From Schmidtea nova (lineage: Eukaryota), in contig CM097882.1 of the NCBI GenBank assembly GCA_044892505.1, positions 279,992,001-280,056,000 on the forward strand: a stretch of 64,000 nt of DNA, given 5' to 3'. The notes beneath the pieces were generated by a model. That model did no database searches. It saw only the letters and a program-made list of their open reading frames with translations, and had not been told where the DNA came from. Shown piece after piece: positions 61,497 through 64,000 of the stretch; positions within the stretch are counted from its first letter, which is position 1; the number at the start of each line of letters is the position of its first letter. A program made the translations under genes and the position numbers.

Positions 61497-62433
61497 GTAT
61501 AATTATTCAAAATAAGTGCATTTACTGTTACTTACTTATTTATTTAATTTTTCTGGTATAGAAATATAATTAATTAGATTTTTTATATTACTTTTTTTTG
61601 TGTTATATAATTTGATATTGTTTATCACTTAAAAATACGCCACTTCATATCTTAACAAAAACAAAGCCAAACTAAAAAAGTTTTTCAATAATTGTCGCCA
61701 TCTTTAGTTATGTTGGGCCAAAACGCAATGTGTTTTAATAAAGCGATAACCCCATAGGTAGAGAACGCGCAAGATTCCATTTTAACCTTAGCTTCCATTG
61801 AAAATCCAACAATTAAGTGGAAAACACCAAAAGGTGAAGATGAATCAAAACACAGCAACCGGTAGAATGCGCGCTAACTGCGAATTTATAAATATTTTCA
61901 CTGAAATCTCGAGAAAAATTAAAAGCAGAATGTTTGGAAGCTATAATAGGCAAAAAAAAAACCCATTGAAAGTGCCCATAAAGAACAGAATTTTGTCATA
62001 AAATCTTCAGTGCAGAAAAATTAACAAAATTTTAGAGGAAAATTGTGAATTTATCACAAAATTTCACATTTAACAATAGAAAGAATTAATATGGATCGAA
62101 AATCGTAAATTAAATCAAATCGAACAAATTTCGATTCAAACATAAAAATTTTTAATTAAAATAAATTATTTATAGTTTATAAAAAATTATTATACAAAAA
62201 TATGGAATTAATTTTCGGAAAATCATTAGAATTAATTTAGAAAAAATTAAGAGAAAATTCTAGAACAATTTGTTTTATTGCACTACCGGAGATAGAGAAA
62301 ATTTGATGGTATATATACCGCCATCAAAATGGCAGATTTCAGAGAGTTTTGTGGAAAATTTTTCTTGTTAATTTGCGGAGGAATTGCGAAAAATAATTTT
62401 TGTGAAATCTAACTTGAGAATTTGATTGCAAGA

Positions 62434-62525
62434 AGAAAAGTTAATATCAGAATTTGATTTCAAGAAGAAAAGTTAATATCAGAATTTGATTTCAAGAGGT
62501 TACTATCAGAAGTTGATTTCAAGAA
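62434..62525. repeat. Short 33-bp tandem repeat
   Basis: GAATTTGATTKCAAGAAGAAAAGTTAATATCA, about 3 copies. Confidence 0.75.
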
Positions 62526-64000
62526 AATTTGTGGAAAAATCGTTCCAAATTTCTAAGAAAAAATTATTTTGTTGGAAAGAAATCGCAGCAGAAGTTAATT
62601 GGACAAACGTAAGGATTTGTTGATTTTGGTTATTCTCATTGGGGATTGGAATGGTCGTCCATCATGCCTGACGATCATCCCATTCCCCCCCCCCTTTTAT
62701 TTAATATGTTATTTGTTATCTTATTTATTATGGTAAATTTTATATTATTAAAGTATTTTCATGATTAGTAGCTTAGTTTTTTTTTGTTGTCATTATCATT
62801 ATCACGAGCCACAAATTCCCAAAATAATTCAGGAAAAATCTCATTGAAATTGGTAAACTAAATTAAATTATGAAAATAAATAAAAAAAAAAATTTTTTTT
62901 TTTCTCCCATATCTTCTGACGATCCGTCCAGCCTTGGTTGTGCGGATCTGTTAGTAGCCTGGGTGGATCGTTGTCTGATTGGTAATCGGCCAGCCCATAT
63001 TTCCACTTTAAGGTGAGGCTCATACATCCAAATTCGCGTCATCCCAACTGGGGAATCGCGGTTTGGCCAAGAGCAAGGTTTTGTTATACTAATGATTTTT
63101 ATTATAATAGAGTATCATATTTTTATTATCTACATAAGCAATTTCGTAATATAACATAGCAACTAACTCATATCTTGAAATCTAAAATAGGAAATATTAC
63201 TAATTAAAAATCGACTCGTACTCACCTTCACCTTCACACTCTCAACAACGTTCATCTCATGAAAAAATGCAAGAGAAATGGATGCTAATGATGAAAAGAA
63301 AATCGTTCGAAATATGCTCAAAGTCTAGAATAATGCTCACGAAGGGAAATGAATTGTGAAACAAGTATTGATTTAATCTGAATTGAAACTCATTATGGTC
63401 TAAATAAGTTTTCCTGTGAATATTGTTTTTCGAGAGCCTGAAATTCCTAAGTGAAGTGTACCGAAAAAGTCGCGTACCCTTTAATTGGGAAATTCATGCT
63501 CAACAAAACCGAAATTTACTTCACTTGATGTTAAAAATATTCGTCGAAAAAGGTGTAACTTATTTTATTTAATTTTTATTTTTATTTAGTATATAAATCT
63601 CTTTGGATTAAATGCATATTTAGATCTCGAAATTCATGGATAAAATATTTTTATTATTATTTCATTTTGATCAAGAATAAAAATTTGCTTTTTATTATAC
63701 TGCAAAAATTTTTAAATGAAAAGGTTATAAACCAAGAATTTTCCTAATATTATTGATATATAAAAGATTTTATCAGTTCATAAAATTCCCGAGAATCTGA
63801 AAATCAAAAATTGTACTAAACCCCATAAAAATTATAAATTGGAATTTTATTATTATATTAGTAAATTTTTAATTTTTTTTTTTTTGTAAAAATTTGGATT
63901 CGGAATTTTATAAAATGAAAATTTAAGACTAATATAGTTAATTCGTAAAATATAAAAATTTAAGTTCAAAAACTTATATTATCAAACTTATAAATTTTAT

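Overview
AT-rich eukaryotic genomic DNA made almost entirely of nested mobile-element and viral sequence. No clear host gene is visible. The element mix suggests a flatworm, possibly a planarian, but that is inference. Two composite structures stand out. (1) 31724-37539 is an apparently full-length endogenous linear ssDNA virus. It has Y-shaped terminal hairpins in opposite flip/flop orientations and encodes a stand-alone parvovirus NS1-type SF3 helicase, a parvovirus-like capsid, a 304-aa orphan ORF and a separate CRESS/circovirus-type HUH+SF3 Rep. It therefore combines two unrelated helicases with a parvovirus-like chassis, reminiscent of the planarian PEVE element. (2) 43636-56821 is a Polinton/Maverick relic (AGTAG termini, about 0.5-kb TIRs, AGTGTG 6-bp TSD). 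It carries a nearly intact R2-clade retrotransposon outside the canonical 28S site and a truncated protein-primed PolB bracketed by two inverted copies of a 28S rDNA fragment. The rest holds relics of gypsy gag, piggyBac, mariner, Tigger/pogo and two hAT elements, plus a perfect 128-bp palindrome, an Ig-like membrane ORF and several conserved hairpins. All family assignments come from motif recognition by eye; no database searches were run.
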